64,000 nucleotides of DNA from Moorellales bacterium (lineage in GTDB: Bacteria; Bacillota; DSM-521; Neomoorellales; SLTJ01). This document shows positions 59,460 to 64,000 of this stretch, piece by piece (position 1 is the stretch's first letter; each line of letters starts with the position of its first letter). The translations under genes and the position numbers were made by a program. Below the pieces are notes generated by a model. The model made no database searches. It had not been told where the DNA came from and worked only from the letters and a program-made list of their open reading frames with translations. The stretch is taken from contig JBNARC010000003.1 in NCBI GenBank assembly GCA_049719955.1, forward strand, positions 9,953 through 73,952, read 5' to 3'.

Positions 59460-60059
59460 TTGACCACCATCAGTGCCGATTTAGTAAAAGAACTGCGGCA
59501 GCGCACCGGCGCAGGGGTAATGGACTGCAAGGAGGCCCTCCAGGCGACGGGGGGAGACCTGGACCGGGCGGTTGAATTCCTCCGCCAGAAAGGCTTGGCG
59601 AAAGCGGCCAAGAAGGCGGCGAGAGTGGCGGCCGAAGGGCTGGTAGAGGCGTACATCCATGCCGGCGGCCGAATAGGGGTACTTATTGAGGTCAACTGTG
59701 AAACCGATTTCGTAGCCCGCACCCCGGAGTTCAAGGCCCTGTGCCGGGATTTGGCCATGCAGGTAGCGGCGTCCAAACCCGAGTACATCAGCCGGGAGGA
59801 CGTACCGGCCGAGGTATTGGAGAAGGAGAAAGCCATACTTAAGGCCCAGGCCCTGAACGAGGGCAAGCCGGAACGGGTGGTAGACAAGATCGTTGAGGGT
59901 CGGCTACAGAAATTCTACGAGGAGCGCTGCCTGCTGGAGCAACCCTTCATCAGAGACCTGGACCGGTCGGTAAAGGATTACCTGGCCGAGAAGATCGCCA
60001 CCATCGGGGAGAATATCGTGGTACGGCGGTTTGTGCGCTTCGAGCTGGGCGAGCGGTAG
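59460..60059 (+). CDS. tsf: Elongation factor Ts (short form)
   Basis: [26 protein letters not shown]. Confidence 0.96.
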   Translation: MTTISADLVKELRQRTGAGVMDCKEALQATGGDLDRAVEFLRQKGLAKAAKKAARVAAEGLVEAYIHAGGRIGVLIEVNCETDFVARTPEFKALCRDLAMQVAASKPEYISREDVPAEVLEKEKAILKAQALNEGKPERVVDKIVEGRLQKFYEERCLLEQPFIRDLDRSVKDYLAEKIATIGENIVVRRFVRFELGER

Positions 60060-60062
60060 TAG

Positions 60063-60802
<740 letters not shown>

Positions 60803-60803
<1 letters not shown>

Positions 60804-61357
60804 TGCAGGAGCTCTTAAAGGACGTTAGCGAGCGCATGCAGAAGGCCTGCGAGCTCCTCCGTAAGGAGCTGGCGGCCCTGCGGGCCGGAAGGGCCAATCC
60901 CGCCCTACTGGAGAAGATCGAGGTGGACTACTACGGTGTTCCCACTCCCATTAATCAGTTGGCCACCATCACCGCCCCGGACGCGCGCCTGTTAGTAGTT
61001 CAGCCCTGGGACAAGAGTCTGGTGCCCAAGATAGAGAAGGCCATTCTTAAGTCCGACCTAGGAGTTACCCCCAACAGCGACGGAACCGTAGTTCGGGTCC
61101 CCATTCCGCCTCTAACCGAGGAACGACGAAAGGAAATGGTTAAGGTGGCGCGCAAGAAGGGCGAGGAGGCCAGGGTGGCCATCCGCAACGTGCGGCGGGA
61201 CGGTAACGAGCGGGTTAAGGCGGCAGAGAAAGAAGGTTTGGTTTCCGAGGATCAAGCCAAGAGGACGCAGGAAGAGATACAAAAGTTGACCGATAAGTAC
61301 ATCAAAGAAGTGGACAAGATCCTCGAGGCCAAAGAACAAGAAATCCTCGCCTCTTAG
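60803..61357 (+). CDS. frr: Ribosome recycling factor
   Basis: [31 protein letters not shown]. Confidence 0.97.
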
Positions 61358-61377
61358 CTTTTGGGAGGGGCCCAGTC

Positions 61378-61611
61378 ATGGCTGAACTCCCCGGCCCGGA
61401 GGACTTGATCGGGTGGCCGGCAGACCAAGCCTTCCGGCTACTGACGGAAAGAGGGGCAAAGGTGGAGATACGGCTGACTACTACTTCTCGCCGTACACGG
61501 TGGTCGGATGCCAGCTATCGGGTGGTCCGACAGCGGCAGTTAGGACCAGGTCAAGTAGAGTTGGTGGTAGCACCCTTCCCCACCGTTAGCCCTGCCGGAA
61601 CGGAAGCATAA
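61378..61611 (+). CDS. Small hypothetical protein, PASTA-like pattern
   Basis: GGGAGG RBS; fills the frr-uppS gap; DLIG...A..LL...G..V...VVRQ pattern. Confidence 0.6.
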   Translation: MAELPGPEDLIGWPADQAFRLLTERGAKVEIRLTTTSRRTRWSDASYRVVRQRQLGPGQVELVVAPFPTVSPAGTEA

Positions 61612-61662
61612 CCGTGGTTATCCCCCGCGAGGGGGTTAAAAATTTGAAGGGGAACAGCGCAG

Positions 61663-62448
61663 GTGAGTTCGTGGCTGTGGCGTAATCGACTTATATGGCC
61701 GCGCTTGCGCGCCCGCCGTCTTAGGCTAACGGTGGACCCCGGGCGCCTGCCCAGGCACATAGCCATAATCATGGACGGAAATGGCCGCTGGGCCAGACGT
61801 CGCGGCCTGCCCCGGGTGATGGGCCACCGAGCGGGGGTGGAGGCGCTAAGGTCAGTGGTGGAAGCCTGTTTAGAAGCAGGCATCCCGGTGTTAACCGTTT
61901 ATGCCTTTTCTACCGAGAATTGGAAACGTCCTCAAACCGAAGTAAACGCGTTGATGGAGCTGCTGGTGGAGTACATGCGTAAGGAGCTACCGGAACTCAA
62001 GAGAAACGGGGTACAGGTGCGGCCCATCGGCGAATTGAGCTCTTTGCCCGAGGCCGTTCAGACCGAACTGCGGCGGGCTCAAGAGGAAACTCGGAACGAA
62101 AAAGCGCTGGTGCTTAACGTGGCCGTCAACTACGGAGGCAGAGCGGAACTGGTGAGAGCCGTAAGGATGATCAGTCAGGCGGTGGCCGCAGGCATTCTGA
62201 GCCCCGAAAACATAGACGAGCAGACGGTGGCCGATCACCTTTATACCGCGGGTCTGCCCGATCCGGATCTAATAATCAGGCCTTCTGGCGAAATGCGGTT
62301 AAGTAATTTTCTGCTTTGGCAGAGTGCCTACAGCGAACTGTGGGTGACCCCCACCCTGTGGCCGGACTTTACGGCGGCCGAACTTTGGACTGCCATCAGA
62401 GAATACCAACGGCGGCATAGGCGTTTTGGCGGACTGGACCATGAATAG
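61663..62448 (+). CDS. uppS: Undecaprenyl diphosphate synthase
   Basis: [43 protein letters not shown]; exact start uncertain. Confidence 0.96.
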   Translation: MSSWLWRNRLIWPRLRARRLRLTVDPGRLPRHIAIIMDGNGRWARRRGLPRVMGHRAGVEALRSVVEACLEAGIPVLTVYAFSTENWKRPQTEVNALMELLVEYMRKELPELKRNGVQVRPIGELSSLPEAVQTELRRAQEETRNEKALVLNVAVNYGGRAELVRAVRMISQAVAAGILSPENIDEQTVADHLYTAGLPDPDLIIRPSGEMRLSNFLLWQSAYSELWVTPTLWPDFTAAELWTAIREYQRRHRRFGGLDHE

Positions 62449-63217
62449 ACGGGTTCTAACCGCACTAGCGGGAATCCCCCTGATCTTGCTCCTGGCCTAC
62501 TTGGGCAAGGGGGCCTGGTTAACTGCGGTCATGGTTTTACACCTCCTGGCTACCCGGGAGTCCAAAAGACTGGGCTTGGTGCCGAAAGAGACCGTAACGA
62601 CCGGGCTGGCATACTTGGCCGTTCCGCTTTTCGAGCTATGGGCTTACGGGCGCGGTTTGCAGGGCTGGACCCATTCCCTTCTGGTGGTATTCGCCGTTAC
62701 CACCCTGGCCTACATACTCCGCTACCCCCGCTCTTCTCTGGCCTCGTGGAGTACCGAGTTCCTTACCATCACCTACCTGGGGCTATTCTGTTTCCTGGTC
62801 ATGCTGGAGAGGGTTAAGGGATGGCCGTACTTGTGGATGCTACTGTTCACCGTTTGGGCTAACGACACCGTGGCCTATTACTCGGGCAGTCGGTTCGGTC
62901 GGCGAGCGTTGGCGCCGGCGGTCAGTCCTCGAAAAACCTGGGAAGGCGCGATTTCCGGCTTGGCGGCAGCGGCGATAGTGGGGGCGGGAGCCGCCTACTA
63001 CTGGTTCGGCCAGGCCGGGTTGGGGGCCGTCCTTGGGTTGGCGGTAGCGGCGGCCGCGCAACTTGGAGATTTGTGGGAATCGGCCCTTAAGCGACAGTCT
63101 GGAGTGAAGGATACGGGAAACTTGCTACCCGGACACGGAGGCGTGTTGGACCGATTCGATAGCCTCTTGTTCGCCGCTCCGCTGGGGTTTTATCTCGTTC
63201 AATTTCTGAAACTCTAA
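62441..63217 (+). CDS. cdsA: Phosphatidate cytidylyltransferase
   Basis: [38 protein letters not shown]. Confidence 0.95.
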   Translation: MNRRVLTALAGIPLILLLAYLGKGAWLTAVMVLHLLATRESKRLGLVPKETVTTGLAYLAVPLFELWAYGRGLQGWTHSLLVVFAVTTLAYILRYPRSSLASWSTEFLTITYLGLFCFLVMLERVKGWPYLWMLLFTVWANDTVAYYSGSRFGRRALAPAVSPRKTWEGAISGLAAAAIVGAGAAYYWFGQAGLGAVLGLAVAAAAQLGDLWESALKRQSGVKDTGNLLPGHGGVLDRFDSLLFAAPLGFYLVQFLKL

Positions 63218-63227
63218 GGGGGAGGCC

Positions 63228-64000
63228 ATGAAGCGCTGGTTAATCCGGGCCCAACGGTGGTCGGCGATCCTTTTCCTGACCCTGGCCAGTTTCTATCTGC
63301 TCTATCACTTCGTTCTCCCCGCTTGCTATCATATACTAAGGACCGTAATTCCCTGGCTTCTACCCTTCGTGCTGGGTTGGTTCTTAGCCGCGCTACTAGA
63401 CCCTCCGGTAGACTGGTTGGAGAGGCGAGCCAGGTGGCCCCGTACCGTGGCCTCACTGACCCTGGTTCTCCTGACCACCGCCCTGGTAGGCGCGGCGGCG
63501 GCACTATTGGTTTCTCAGGTAACCATGGAACTTTGGCGCCTGGTGGCAGAACTTCCACGCTACGGCACCGCCCTTAGGGAAGGGCTGCAACAACTCGACA
63601 CCTTATATCGAAGCTGGCAGCTGCCTCCCCAAGTACTGGAGGCTACCGAGACCTCCATCGAAACCCTAACCCAATACCTGCAACAACTGCTGGGCCGGCT
63701 AATCCAAGATCTGGTTGGATTGGCCGCGGGAATTCCCCGTTTCTTTATCGCCTTGATCATCGTTTTGGTTAGCTCCTTCTTCTTTAGCCGGGACAAAGCC
63801 TTAATCCGTGGCGCCTTTCTTTCGGCCTTTCCCTGGCTGGGCCGGCCTCAGGCAGCCGCCATCCTGCAGGAAATGGGACAGGGGATCCTGGGATACTTCA
63901 AGGCCCAAACCCTGTTGGTCAGCTTCACCGCCCTGCAGGTGTTGACCGGACTGCACCTACTAGGTGTCAAGTATGCCGTTTCCCTAAGTCTTTTCATCGC
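63228..64000 (+). CDS. ytvI: Sporulation integral membrane protein YtvI / AI-2E family (3'-truncated by window edge)
   Basis: GGAGG RBS, ATG 63228; MKRWLIRAQRWSAILF...LLPFVLGWFLAALLDPPVDWLE...SSFFFSRDK...GYFKAQ; no stop seen before the edge. Confidence 0.8.
   Translation, partial: MKRWLIRAQRWSAILFLTLASFYLLYHFVLPACYHILRTVIPWLLPFVLGWFLAALLDPPVDWLERRARWPRTVASLTLVLLTTALVGAAAALLVSQVTMELWRLVAELPRYGTALREGLQQLDTLYRSWQLPPQVLEATETSIETLTQYLQQLLGRLIQDLVGLAAGIPRFFIALIIVLVSSFFFSRDKALIRGAFLSAFPWLGRPQAAAILQEMGQGILGYFKAQTLLVSFTALQVLTGLHLLGVKYAVSLSLFI

Noticed and set aside
59460-60059. Short EF-Ts as a truncation
   Set aside because: EF-Ts forms of about 200 aa are known (e.g. Thermus), and the C-terminal [10 protein letters not shown] motif is intact.

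Overview
This window comes from a GC-rich, probably spore-forming Firmicute (Clostridia-like; it has spoVS, codY, ytvI and a sigma-H promoter). Both flanks are housekeeping backbone. The left flank is acpP-fabF-rnc-spoVS-smc-ftsY-mtnA...ffh-rpsP-khpA-rimM-trmD-rplS-lepB-rbgA-rnhB-yraN. The right flank is comM...dprA-topA-trmFO-xerC-hslVU-codY-rpsB-tsf-pyrH-frr-uppS-cdsA-ytvI. Between them is a ~26.5 kb island (17709-44046) inserted in the 5' end of comM. It is bounded by a 174-bp direct repeat whose five coding differences are all synonymous, and it has no recognisable integrase. The cargo is a co-oriented anaerobic catabolic cluster that I cannot match to a characterised pathway. It contains a GAF-PucR regulator, a fused 2-hydroxyacyl-CoA dehydratase-family protein whose first domain appears to have lost its Fe-S cysteines, a family III CoA-transferase, two cytoplasmic CapA-family metallohydrolases and an MmgE/PrpD protein. 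It also carries two TRAP transporters with Lys in place of the usual selectivity Arg, an MFS permease, two glycyl radical enzymes with non-canonical Cys loops (GCVDP, GCLDV), one activase, and Na+-decarboxylase beta/gamma subunits without alpha. No tRNA, rRNA or CRISPR array was seen. All calls come from motif recognition by eye; no database search was run.
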